A stretch of 64,000 nt of DNA, from NCBI GenBank assembly GCA_973895155.1, contig OZ316897.1:7740470-7804469 (forward strand). The letters are read 5' to 3'. Every line of letters begins with the position of its first letter. The first letter of the stretch is position 1. The notes under the pieces are model-generated. The model saw nothing but the letters and a program-made list of their open reading frames with translations. It had not been told where the DNA came from and ran no database searches. The position numbers and the translations under genes are program-made. The DNA is from Marsupella aquatica (lineage: Eukaryota; Plantae; Marchantiophyta). This document shows, in pieces, positions 1 through 12,497 of this stretch.

Positions 1-162
1 GTACCACCTTTGACGTTTTTCCTGTGCTTGACTTGGCTGTGCTGTATGAAGATGACTGGGATTGTATGATTGGTGAGTGCATCTGCTCTGCAGGTGGTGT
101 TTCCCTGATTGCTGGGGGTGCGGGTGAAGAGTAAACACTTGCAGAAAAGGCTAGCACCACAT

Positions 163-853
163 TCAACGCGGTTGTCGGGGAGTAATAGGACGTATAGGGT
201 GCGGTGAATGGGGCCCTCGCAATCCCTGGCGCCTTGCGGGCCGCCCAGGGGTTTGGGTTTGTGTCCATAAGCGAGACTGTGGCAACGTGTTGTTTGATGC
301 AACAATGTCCAGCTCGTGGACAGATACAATTCCTTGATTGATTTGAAAGACCACATTGCACAGCGGAGCATGCTTCAAAGAATCATGGATGGCCTGGAAC
401 TGATCAACTGGGTCCATAGAGACTAATGCACTGGCAGAGAGGCCCACTAACTCTCTCGCGGCATCCCAAACGGCAGCTCGTAGGACAGGCTTCCCATAAT
501 GTGGATGCAAAGTACCATCCGTAAACAACCCCTCAAACCAAAAGAATTCAGTGTATGTTCCATTCTGTATGGCATCATGCTCGCATGCTTGTCTCTGGGA
601 CCTTTGATTGAAATTTTACACATATCTTGCTGAATGACCGCTGTACAGTCCCAATAGACAAATTTCTTCGGGAAAGGATTGGAGGCGATGAAATTTATAG
701 CCACTACACTACAGGGTCCCCCAAAACCCATTTCCTCTTCCATGACAGCACTTTGTACATCGAAGAGGGTTGTGGTCAACATTTGTCTTACCGTCTACAA
801 ATGTTGTGCTTCTGCAACTCGAACGTTCGGGACAGACGACAAAGTAGACTCTC
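163..853 (-). pseudogene. Frameshifted coding-like fragment of unknown protein
   Basis: Two overlapping minus-strand ORFs (447-782 and 163-528) read as one protein-like sequence across a frameshift near 530. An acceptor-like ttgttgcag lies at ~853. No family was recognised. Confidence 0.3.
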
Positions 854-1149
854 TGCAACAACAAGAAAATAATTGTGTAAGCAAAAGACAACAGCCATTC
901 ACCTTTAACTTCAATGAACGCAATACCTAAACATTAACAAAAGTTCTACTAAGAAAAGGATCCAGAGGACACACTCTCCGCATGGGCCCGTGGTCTGTCG
1001 GCGTCAAACGTAAGAAGTGTTCAGTGTGCAGGGTAGGTCGTGAGAACTGCATTAGGCGGGAAGAATGTGCGACAACATTCTCATGGTATTGAGAAGCAAA
1101 TCAGTTCATGTGCACAGGCCCACACACATACTTCCGTCTTTAGGTGTAT

Positions 1150-1300
1150 CTTACGGGAGAGAGAGAGTATTCCGGGGTACTGATGATGACCCGAGAGGGG
1201 AAATTTAGGAGCCGGCCGGGCGGCTTACGGGAGAGAGAGAATGCATTCTGGGGTACCGATGATGATCCGAGAGGGGAAATGTAGGAGCCGGGCAGGCGGC
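1150..1300. repeat. Tandem duplication, 2 x ~75 bp, GC-rich
   Basis: cttacgggagagagaga...gatgat.ccgagaggggaaat.taggagccgg at 1150 and 1224. Confidence 0.9.
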
Positions 1301-3367
1301 AATGGTCTCGGGACCAATCGCGCGGAGTTAGGGGCTGGGCAATAGAGGCAGCCCGGTGCTGCTCTCAAGGACAGGGTCGGCGGTCCGCAAGGGACAGTCT
1401 GCCCGAATAGGGGCGCAACTGCTCAAAGGGCTAATTACAGGTAATTACAGGGGTTACCCTACCGGGCAATGTCGATGCATTAATGTGCATCGATATTGCC
1501 AATCGCTCTGTGTACATGCTCAACTTTCCATTAGTTTGGAAGGCAGCAATAAAGGCAGTGTTGGCACAAGAAGACATAGCAGAGAAGAAGTGATTTGAGG
1601 AGGAAATGCAGGAAAACGAGGCTAGCTAGAGGTGAAAGTGAACATGAGGAGAGAGAGAGTTGGAAGAGAACGACATAGATGATTTGGATGGAGGGATTGG
1701 TGAGATATGGACACGAGAGAGAGTTGGAATTCTGTAATTTTGAAGTTCAGTATGGAGTGAATTTGTATCTGTAGTTTTGGTTTACTAGGTTCATGATTCT
1801 CCCAATTTGAACTTGGTTCATGGTTCAAATCGTCCCGGTTTGAACTTGGTTCATAGTTTGAACTGGAAGAGTTATGTTTGGGCTTCCATTTTAGCGCGTA
1901 AACAATGTGGTAATTACCGGGCCTGGAAACATGGCTGGTCGCTGCATCAGAAGAGACTCGCCACTTATTAGGGCTTTGGGCAGTCACTTTACTGGGCACC
2001 GGTGGGAGTGCTCATATGGGGTACTGGGTGAATAACACTACATGCCAACTCATGGGAAGGGGTGGCATACAAACGATACATACCCCCAAGGTCTAGGTAT
2101 TAATTCTATTGATAATATGGCATCTTGGACTTGTTTGAATCATCTAAGAGCCAACTTGCATTTGGGAGGTCTGAGTCCAAACAGACCTAATATGTGTTGT
2201 AGCTCCTGTTAAGTTGCTATGTCTAGTGCTAAGGAGTGAGTTTTGGGATGGTTGATCACACAACTCAATTTTTTTAATGTAAAAGCCTTTTGGGGCTCGT
2301 GTTAAGTCCACAAAAGCAAACATAGCAGTTGAACAATTTGCTATGATATACTCACACTCATCCAATTCCTCTTTAAACATTAACAATAATTGGGTCAGGT
2401 CCATTTACACGGTCTTGGGACCAAAAGGGTGGTGAGTAGTGCATTTAATAGTGTATGACAGAATGAGAAGAGACCAAGAGTTCATTCCAATATACTACCT
2501 CCAGAGGTGGTGTAAACTTTGGCCAAACTTACTTGTCAACAAATGCATTTTAGGGGACCCACTCCAGTCCACGTGGGATTGGGATAAGTCCAGTACATGG
2601 GACCTCTTAGCTGCATGTAAAGCCAAATTGAACTGGTTGCCAGATATTGATATGGATGGCTGAGATGAAATCTGAAAAAAATTCTTGGAAATAACTACTT
2701 AATTGTTTGCCTCATTCTTGTAAAGGCCCTAAGTCATTTAAACTTTCAGGGTCTTGTCAATTAGTGGCACGTGGTTTTCACTAAGTAGATTTCTCCCCAT
2801 CCCTCAGCCTCTCATTTGTTTCTCAACTAAAATATATTGCTATTACTATTAGAATTTAAAAGTCATCTACGCAATCTTGCGCCAAGGCAGAGCTAGACAA
2901 TAAAACACACACAAAGGATTCAAAAACCAATTACACTTGGATCTTTGGAGATCTTTGTGCAAGAAACAAGCCAGTCGTGAATGAGTTTGTTATTTGAGGA
3001 TGTTGTCTCTATGTATATTGGAGAGAATGGGGTTTAGGGTTTATATCACTCCACACCCCTGGGCCCAACTACACCTATGCCAAAGTCTACACAATATTTT
3101 AAATGTATCAGTTTTGACTTTAGAGCCAATAAGAATGCACTGCACTAGAGGGGTTGCCCCTAGAGTTTAACAGGGAGTGTAAGAAGGGGAGGGGGTGCCC
3201 CTAGCTAGAGTTTAATAGGGAGTGTGAGAGGAACTCATATTTCTTACACTCATATTTGTACACTCCTCATTCCTTGGGGAGGGGGGGTGCCCCTAAAGTT
3301 TAACAGGGAATGTGAGAGAAATAATATTTCCTACACTCATATTCGTACACTCATATTTGTACACTCC

Positions 3368-4770
3368 GTTTGAGATCAGGCCGTGGAGGGACCCCAGGCC
3401 GTGGGGGGACACCAGGCCGTGGAGGGACACCTAGTAGCGCTTCAGGGAGTACCAAGGCAGGAGACAACAACAAATTTGGTAAAGTAGAAGTGAATTCTGA
3501 TGGTTGGATAACTCCCACATGTGATGGTAAGAACCGTTGGCATTCTGACCTAAGAGGAGAAGTATTGCGTTGGTTAGATTTGAGCATTACAGAGTTTAGG
3601 AGTCAGAACAAAGCTGATTGGGCTGCTATCTGCAAGGACATTCTTGAACGGTGGGACTATGTTGGTAATGATGGTAAGGGCCCAGTTGAAGATTACATAT
3701 CAGATTATGCAATGAGGATTTTGAAACAAGAGAGGCATAGGTTGAAAAGGATGTGGATAGACAATGGTTCTAACAGGAGAATGCCACCACCCCCATCATT
3801 GGAACTGGATCAATGGACACGGTTAATCAAAAGGTTCATGTCGGAGGCTGGACAGAGCAAGAGTGAACTGATGTCAAATGCTCGAGGCAAAGTGAAACAC
3901 CTTTCACAGGCTGGGAGAGGAAGTTATGCTCCAGTGAAAGAACAATTGGTAAGGCAGTGACATGCCTGATAGTAAGCCTCAAACTTATCATCTTGCTACC
4001 ATTATTACATTTTCATTGACAATCAACACTTGGTTTCATTCATATGTATGTTGATGTGGACTGCAGAAGAAATTGACAGGTGAAGAACCATCAGCATAAG
4101 AAGTGAGAGAGGAGTTCATGAAACAAAGGAGTGAGGTGACAAGTGTGACTTCCAAATAGGTGATTATGTTGTAATTCTGTATGTTCTGTGACTATTTGGC
4201 CTTGAGTATCAGAAAGAAATGTAGTAGGAAGTAAGCAACCAGTTCTTGGAGACAATTATCTGAGATATGTAAGTTGTGTTATGACAAGGAACTGTTACAA
4301 CTCTCACAGAGATGTGTGAACGGTTGAAGTCATTAGAGTGTGAACTCCCTCGAGTGGAAACAAAATTGGCTGATCATTTGGATATTGTGGAGGCATCTGT
4401 AGCGAACCTTCTGGCATCAGTGGAATCTAATTTCAAGCTTGTGATTGAAAAATTGGGTGGTTCCCAACCAAACAATGAGGGCAACATTGTACAAAGTGTG
4501 CCCTTGTTAACAAAAAAGGGAATTGGCAAATCTGACATGGGTATGGAAATGACACCGGCCCATTGTTCATTTTGTCCTATGTTCAAATGTTAGAAGTAAG
4601 TTTTCATGAATTGAGTGAATGGTTTGAATGCAGGAAGAGTGGAGGCAGAGAAGGACCCTGTAATCAGTAAGCAGAAGGGCAAGAAGGTTGCTGAAACAAG
4701 TAACCTGCTATGATCCAGTATGAATCATTTGAAAAGTGCATGCATGGAGTTTGTGAAGCTTAAGCATCTT
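3368..4770 (+). pseudogene. CACTA (En/Spm) accessory 'Transposase_24/TnpA-like' gene remnant
   Basis: The 196-aa ORF ends PPPSLELDQWTRLIKRF...SKSELMSNARGKV...AGRGSYA, as in Ptta/En/Spm proteins, with a GT donor at ~3949. The next putative exon (~4067-4135) carries an in-frame stop. Confidence 0.7.
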
Positions 4771-5987
4771 CTCATCATCTTCGTGAGGGGGAGCGCAATT
4801 TTAGCAAAATCTTTAATGAACCGGCAATAATACCCTACGCAGCCCAAGAAGGAACGTACCGCCTTTTGATCTATGGGGAACACAACCGCCACCTCAATAC
4901 CCCATTGGGACACACGATGCCAGAGTAGTGCTCCCTCCTCTACCCCAAAAAAACATTTGGCAGGATGTAGCTTGAGATTAACCTCTCGGCATCGTTGTAG
5001 CGTACGCCATAGACGTTTGGGGTGCATGGCAACAGTCCCAAAGATGGCGAAGTCGTCAATAAATATTTCCATAAATTCCCATAGGAAATCATGGAAGATA
5101 TTCATCATGAGTCGCTGAAACATGGCCGGGGCGTTACACAACCCAAATGGCATTCTCCGAAATGCGAATGTCCCCCATTCCATAGTGAACGTTGTTTTAA
5201 GCTGATCTGCGAGGCGGATCCAGATTTGATTATAGCCCGAATACCCGTCAAGGAACGTATAAATTTTGTTTCGAGCTACCATATCCAGAACCATATCTGT
5301 GAATGGTAACGGGTAGTGGTCTTTTCGGGTAGCGTCGTTCAACTTACGATAGTCCTGATAGATGCGGATTTTAAGTTTTCCGTCCGTTCCTCCCTTCTTT
5401 GGCACAATGACGATAGGGGACACCCAATCACTAGCCATCACCGAGTAGATGATATCCACGGCTAGGAGACGATCAATCTCTTCTTTTACCAAGATGGAAT
5501 ATCTCGGGTTCATGCAATACTGGCGCTATCATACAACGTGCGCTCCTAAGTTCAAATCAATCGTATGTTCTCCTAACCCCGGGGAGACTCCAGTCAAGTC
5601 ATGATGGCTCCATGCAAACACATCTTCATACTCCTTAAGTAGTGATTGGATAGATTTCTCTGCCGAGCCTGTTAAGGCGTGACCTAAGTTGAAAGTCTTA
5701 TCCATCCCAATGGTATACTTCCTGTAGTGTTCTTTCCTTACGACCTCCACTTGGTTCCGCAAGCTAGGGTCCAGGCTAGCATCTAGCTCCGCCAGGCAAA
5801 CTCCTCTGTACATTGGTGCGGTCGGGATCGGCTCCGGGGTCAAGACTACTTCTTCTTCTGGCGGAATGGAAGGATCCCAAGACACTCGTTTCTTGTGCTT
5901 GGTTGCCGGAATTTTGGTTTTGGTCGACGGGCTGGTAGGCCCATGACTAGGTGATTTGGCACTCGTCATTAGGAGTCCCCAGTTCCT
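4770..5987 (-). pseudogene. Ty3/Gypsy reverse transcriptase fragment without LTRs, embedded in the CACTA remnant
   Basis: LLKEYEDVFAW, WVSPIVIVPKK, DYRKLNDATRKDHYPLP, FLDGYSGYNQI, MPFGLCNAPA, IFIDDF and VRSFLGCVGYY. There is a stop at ~5529 and both ends are truncated. Confidence 0.93.
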
Positions 5988-6889
5988 ATGTTTGAGATCA
6001 GGCCGTGGAGGGACCCCAGGCCGTGGGGGGACACCAGGCCGTGGAGGGACACCTAGTAGCGCTTCAGGGAGTACCAAGGCAGGAGACAACAACAAATTTG
6101 GTAAAGTAGAAGTGAATTCTGATGGTTGGATAACTCCCACATGTAATTGTAAGAACCGTTGGCTGATCATTTGGATATAATGTAACAAACTGGTTAATCT
6201 CAAACTGGCTCAAACTGGCTCAAACTGGCTCAAACATATGCTGACACACATGTGCACTCGCAGCCCCATGGAACCTAGGCCAATAGACCTGTCTTGTATG
6301 CTTGCAACTGTACAAAAGATTGCCCCAATTGCTTTCCACATAAGAATCAAAACAGTGGACCTGCTGGAGTGGCAGGTCTGGGCGATACAAGGTGCAAGTT
6401 TTGCGTTGCAATCATGATGAAACTTTAGCCGTGCATCTGATCTGAGCTGTCACTTGGCTTTTTTCGGGGAGTAAAGTTAGGGGAGCTTTCCCTTTTTGCA
6501 AAAAACTTCTCCTGGTACCAGACTACCAGCCCTGCTGGCCCTCTGGCCACCATGACCTTTGGTCCACATGGGTGCCAATTCCCTTTGTGGGCCAGCCTAT
6601 GTTTTATTTTAATTTATTATATGTTGGCTTTTTGAATTAAATGAATTGGCTTTTTCTAGCAAAAAACACAACTCCTCAATCTTCAGTCCTCATGTTGCTG
6701 CTGCAATAGAGCTCATAATAAAGTTTGTTCTCAAATAAAGGTTGAAAGATCATCTTGCGCAAAGTAGATGGAAACAATCAACCATCATATTGTCTCACGC
6801 GATGTGATAAGGTAATTATGCTTTGCTGTGTGCGACTATACGTTACTTGCCATCCATTCAATAGGGCATCTCAAAAAACATTTATTACA

Positions 6890-7038
6890 AATGATGACCT
6901 TTGGCCATAAACAAATGACCATAGGTTTTTCACTGGGTGATGTAACAGTTCTTCTTTTCACTAGTCAGTAAGGACTTATGGTCATGTCATATGATCAATC
7001 TTTATGGCATAAAGTCATAGATAGGAAATTTGGTAGTG
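6890..7038 (+). mobile_element. CACTA 3' terminus with subterminal repeats
   Basis: Ends ...GGAAATTTGGTAGTG (reverse complement CACTACCAAATTTCC), preceded by repeated atgacc/ggtcat motifs, downstream of the TnpA-like gene. No matching 5' TIR was found in the window. Confidence 0.65.
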
Positions 7039-7644
7039 TTTACTTAACGTCCATCAAATTTTGAGAGTTGAGGCCCCTTAATAGGATGGTAACTGGAAAG
7101 CCAAAGCAATATACTGTAGTTGACCTTCTGCTGTCCCATTGGGGAATCCTGAAGCTTGATAGTTAGGGATGATGGCTTTTGGCCATAGACAAATGATTAT
7201 AGCTTTTTCACAAGGATGTGTGATTTTGTTTTTTCCCACCAGCCTCTACATTGACTTTTGGTCATGACACATGACCAATCTTTATGCCAAACAGTTATAG
7301 ATCATGAATATGATAGTCCATAACCTTAACTACCTACTGTAGTTAAGAGCTATCAAAAGTCCGATGTTTGAGACCCTCTATTCATTCTCCAGCAAGCAGG
7401 ACCACCATCCCACAGCCTCCATGCCTGTTAGGTCGAATCTACATGCGTACAGTGATAGAATGGCGTCCAGACGTACCAATCGTGCTTTCCAGATGGACTT
7501 CGGTGGTGAAAGATGAACTATTCTGCAAATTATATATACACTTGATCTCTACTGTATATTTAGGGAGTAGACAGTTTGTACGAAGGACCCAAATTCACTC
7601 ACTGCCTAGCATTCAGAGCGATGTCTTACTACAGGATTCCAGTA

Positions 7645-7794
7645 CAAACAAGGACTTAACAGGACCCTCTGGCATCTCCTGGACTTAACCAGACCCTTGT
7701 GAATAAAATGCCATCAAGATCTGAGCAAAATTGGTAGGCACAGGGGTCCTGTTAATTCTTTTTTAAACACAGGGTCCTGTTAAGTCTTTTCCTG
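7645..7794. mobile_element. Small Mutator-like MITE (~150 bp)
   Basis: Inverted termini AAGGACTTAACAGGACCCT / AGGGTCCTGTTAAGTCTTT, each internally duplicated. It is flanked by the direct repeat GATTCCAGTA (7635-7644 and 7795-7804). Confidence 0.7.
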
Positions 7795-9136
7795 GATTCC
7801 AGTATCATGCAGAGGAAGGATTCCGGTAATGCCTTCTTCATCTCGTCTCTCGTTCTGATGACATGCCAACAGCACGTTCCCAACCCTGTAATGAATCATT
7901 ATTATTTGACAGCCAGTGCTGTACAGTGGATCCTGTACCTCCTTCTTCGCATGTGCATATAGTCACAGACAGAATCAACCAATCAGTCGGAGGGCATTTC
8001 GATTTCGAGGTTGCCGCTTCCTTGTCAGTCCATAAGACTCTACTATGCTGCGCTCTTACTTACCGTTGAGGGTGACATTCTGGTTTGACAGTGGCAGAGA
8101 GATATGTTTAGTAGACTCCTGCTTGAAAAAGTTTGCTTAATTAACCCCTCGATACTTTTCCCCAATCTGGACTATTGATGGACCTTTCAATCTCAGATCT
8201 GGACCATTGATAGACCTCAGACCATTGATAGACCTCAGAGGTAGATCAACTAACAAATTTCATTTTTGGAGTCCATCAAGCAAATAGCTCCACAGTGGCA
8301 TCGAAATATGGCCATGGACATGCTGTGGATCATCTTTTCGGGAGCTGGCTGGCGATTTGCATGGATAGGCACGATAGATCGCTCTTGCCTGGGGCTTGTT
8401 AGCTGAGCCTGCTTCATGATAAGCAGAATCTATTTCGAGGCGCATATCAAATGGGACAGTATGGATAACAATGATTCTCCTGCTGTACATTAAATACTTC
8501 TTTGGTTTTTAGAGGACGAATGCATTTATTTATGCATGGACGAATCGAGCTTGCACTTCCAAATTTCTGGATGGGGTATTCAGGTATTGGCTGCTCCCCT
8601 GCGGGATTCGAGGGCCTATGGAGATGCTTGGTAGACCTCTCTGGCATGTTACAGTGGATACGTTAGCCCCCACCCGGCCTCCCCCAGTCCCCCCGAACCA
8701 ACTTTCAATCTCAAATTGGTGTGAATTTCATTCCACAGCTAGGGCACTCCATATCAATCAAATTGAAGGTGGTCCCCATTGCACAGTATCACTGTATAAA
8801 CAATGAAGTGTCCAAAATTACTCCCTTTCGCACTCATTGCCCTGCTCTACAATCCAAGTCTCCTCCGTGATTTCATGAAAATGATTCCAAGTAGCTTGTA
8901 GGAGGGCCTTGGTATTTATCTAATGAAGGACTAAGGAAAGCTAGAATAAGGGCCTAGGATCTACAGTCAATACGGCCTACTGTACTGTCATTAGACTATG
9001 AGGCCCAAACCACTGTTTGGGTGAAACCGGAATGGTAGACCTACTAGTAAGAGCAATTTTAATATTTTGACTACGCTTGTGAATTCCTAGCTACTGTAGT
9101 TGGGACCGACTGACATTGTTACGTAAAAGATGCTGT

Positions 9137-9361
9137 ACAAAAGTTTTACTTTAGTAAAGAATAAATTATCATAGAAGAGATTATAATGTAAGAGTGAGAG
9201 AAAAGCTTAGCACAAAAGTTATACTTTAATAAAGAATAAATTATCATGGAAGAGATTATAAGGTAAGAGTGAGACAAAAGCTTAGCACAAAAGTTATAAT
9301 TTAGTAAAGAATAAATTATCATGGAAGAGATTATAATGTAAGAATAAGAGAAAAGCTTAGC
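9137..9361. repeat. Tandem repeat, 3 x 75 bp
   Basis: The unit acaaaagttatactttagtaaagaataaattatcat...aaaagcttagc starts at 9137, 9212 and 9287. Confidence 0.95.
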
Positions 9362-9419
9362 CAATATTGAAAAGCAAAGAGAACACAAATGATGAAGTCC
9401 TTATTCATTTAAGTAACTA

Positions 9420-10172
9420 CATACTCACGTGAGACGGGGAAGATGGTGTACTCGCATGGGAGGTGGGATGGGCAAGGATCAAGGAGGATTTTTTGCCTTC
9501 TGGATCCCTGCCCTTCCCCCTTCTCCCATCTGTGTATAGGAGAGAAGGGTCTTGGATTGAGTCTCCCCCTCCCTGTTTCCCATCAATGTGTCTCCCCCCT
9601 TTCTTTCTCCTTGATCCTAGTCCCTCCCCCATTTCCTGTTTTGTTGAGGCTTCTCCTCATTTTCTTGCCAGTCTTTCCTTGGCACGGAAAATGTAAAATT
9701 TTGGAAGAATACCATGTTAAAATACCACAGGAATTTTTATAATAGTTCATGGGTGCAAAAGTCTCATCATTTTGGTTGGGATGTTGTTGTTAGAGAAATA
9801 CTATCATTTTGGTCATTGATGATATCATCGATATTTCTAAAGTATTACTCTAAGAGAGTGTGAAGGTCAAAGCATGGGGATGTGAGATCGTGATGGCAAT
9901 CATCTCTTTGTGGACCCGAGCATGGTAACCCAATGGGAGGGAGTATTTGTATTTTAGGTTTTTACATAAATATTCTTGAAAATATACATTTCAAAATTTA
10001 ATTTTCAACTACATTTATTTTTATTTGATATATATTACAATGTTTATTTTTATTTTCATTTTTGGCAGGTTGTGGGCAGGTTGTGGCAGCTTGGGTAATA
10101 GACATTTGAGACAAGAGAGTGTCCGGGTGGATCTGAGAGTGCCCCAAAATTCAGTTTTGATGAAGGGCTAGG
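9420..10172. repeat. Dispersed non-autonomous element; related copy at ~58430-59051
   Basis: Collinear shared blocks: gggcaag.at..aggaggatttt, gtttcccatc.atgtg.ctccccc and ggcagcttggg..agacatttgaga...ggatctg..agtgcc..aaa.tcagtttt(t)gatgaag. Confidence 0.7.
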
Positions 10173-11240
10173 GTTAAGTCCTGCTACGAGCTCTTCCTGT
10201 CCATAGACACAAGTATTAGGGCTAGTAGTAGGAACAGACAATGGACTGCTTGTAGGGGTGCTCAGTGGTGGTCTACACTATCTGGTCACACCTGAAGTTC
10301 TGGTAATACCAGGGTATAAACCTGAAGTTCTGGTAATACTAGTCAGGGATGTGCCTGGATAGCTGTGGCTGTCCATAATGTTCTTCTCCCAATTCTTATA
10401 ATGGGTTAATTGCAATAGAACAACGTTGTTCTTTCTACTGCTGTCTGCATTCTTTCTTCCTTCCAAGGCCCATGTTGAGTCAGTGCTGTGAAAGACTGTA
10501 AGCTCATTTGAACTTGAGGGTGGCAACAAGTGTATTATAGCAGGTACACTGACTATGGTAGCAGAGGCTCTAGCTTCCCTGAAAATGGCACATCACATGC
10601 CAGAAACCATATTAAAGTTGTTTTATTTGTTCTAAGGGAACACTTTAAAAGAATTATTTTAAAACTTTTTTGAATCCAATGTTGAGAGTAAACAAAAAAA
10701 TAGGATTTTATAAACCAAATTTTGGAATAATCCAAAATTAATAACGGTAATGATGCGTGATGCAAATGGGGCCGCGTTTGCAGGCGAGGACACTGGCTAA
10801 CCTAATGTACTAGATCTCCTCAATTGCCAAAGGATGAACACCCCCCCCCCCCCCCGCGGTCTCCTTGACCATGGCCAGGAGCCAGCAGGGTCCCAGAAGC
10901 CAAGCGATCCCAGGGGACTCGTCGTGACAGAGCATTTCTACCCTTTGCCACAGGTCTTGCTAAGGATTTTACTTGGAAAGCCCACACCAAACTGAGAAAG
11001 CCCACACCAAATTGCTGGCAGTGAAACAATCCTGCAGGTTCTCAAATCATATCCCAGAGATGTAGCCCACTGGAAATTGTGGCAGTTGAAGAAAGACAGA
11101 AGAGAAAACCTCACACGAAAGAGAAAACTTGGTCTCCAGAATGAAACTCCCAACAAAACCTGGAGCCTCTGCAACTGCCGGGGATGAGGAGGACTGAAGG
11201 TCAGCAATGTCTCCACCAATGAAGGAGCAAGGGTTGGAAG

Positions 11241-12242
11241 ACCCTGAGTTAAATTTACATCAAGTTAATGCTCCCCCACTTTCCCGGGGCGCCGTACACT
11301 GCCCGTCCCAATCCCCGATGCTGCTGCCCGCTCCGGCCCAAGTTTGGCAGAACATAAACCAATACTCTACGATTTAACGCATGCGTTCCGGTCCGATCGA
11401 CTTTGCGCCATCGACTTCGGGTTTATGTTTTGGCACCCATCACTTTTTGTCGGCCGCTCCAGCCCGGTCTACTTTGTGTCATCAACTTTTTGGAAATAAG
11501 TGTTGCCAAGACATAAACCACAACTCCATAGAGAATAAGTACTTGGCATAACATAAACCAAGAGTCTAACAATCATGACTCTCAACCAAAGTATTAGGCT
11601 CCCCTTGAACACTTAGATTCTATTACAAAATAGGTATGACTCCATCGGAAAGAAGTGTTGCAAGAACATAAACCATGACTCCATCAAGAAGAAGCATTTG
11701 GAAAAATATCAACCAAGACTCTAGAATCATGACTCTTAACCCAAATACTAGGTTGTGCCTAAATGCTTAGACTGTCTTACTAAACAAACATCACTCCCTT
11801 GGAAAGAAGTGTTGCCAAAACATTAATCACAAGTCCATAGAGGATAAGTATTTGGCACAACATAAACCAAGACTCTATAAATCATAACTCTTAACAAAAG
11901 TACTAGGCTTGCCTTGAACACTTAGACTCTCTTACAAAGAAAACATAACTCTGTTGGAAAGAAGAGTTGTCAGAACATAAACCATGACTCCAGAAGGAAG
12001 AAGTCGATGACACAAACTTAAGTCGTTCGGGCTGGAGCGAGCGAATATGCCAAAACATAAACCCGCAGTCGATGGCGCAAAGTCGATCGGGCCGGAGCGC
12101 ATGCGTTAAATCTTAGAGTATTGGTTTATGTTCTGCCAAACTTGGGCCGGAGCGGGCAGCAGCATCGGGGATTGGGATGGGCAGTGTACGGCGCCCCAGG
12201 AAAGTGGGGGAGCATTAACTTGATGTAGATTTAACTCAGGGT
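11241..12242. mobile_element. Non-autonomous foldback-type DNA element: ~195-bp near-identical TIRs, internal ~155-bp tandem array, 8-bp TSD
   Basis: Ends ACCCTGAGTTAAAT...ATTTAACTCAGGGT; TSD GTTGGAAG at 11233-11240 and 12243-12250. Internal units restart at about 11491, 11646, 11800 and 11955. Confidence 0.93.
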
Positions 12243-12455
12243 GTTGGAAGAGTGCGCCAGCCCAAGAGAACTACCCGCCTGTCCCAACATGAGGCACTTA
12301 TAAAGATGATGTTGCACAAGGAGAACCCAGGGTTCCTCAATAAACTCAGACCACCGAGAAGCAATCACAACCAACCAACGGTAGCACTTCTTCTGAAATT
12401 GGACCCAACCCCCCAACAAGGACCAAAGGTTAGAAATGCCTTTTTTTTCTTCAAG

Positions 12456-12457
<2 letters not shown>

Positions 12458-12495
<38 letters not shown>
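12458..12495. repeat. (AG)n microsatellite
   Basis: Uninterrupted AG run of about 19 units. Confidence 0.97.

Positions 12496-12497
<2 letters not shown>

Noticed and set aside
2776-2790. TTT-CACTA as the 5' end of the CACTA element ending at 7038
   Set aside because: The 3-bp flank matches, but the sequence after CACTA does not match the 3' TIR and there are no subterminal repeats.
9137-9361. Regularly spaced repeats (also 11490-12000 and 14455-14700) as a CRISPR-like array
   Set aside because: Whole units repeat with no unique spacers, the context is eukaryotic and there are no cas genes. These are ordinary tandem repeats.
10820-12430. Sequence flanking the foldback element as a degenerate LINE ORF2 fragment
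   Set aside because: Only a vague Trp-rich resemblance, with no RT or endonuclease motif to support it.
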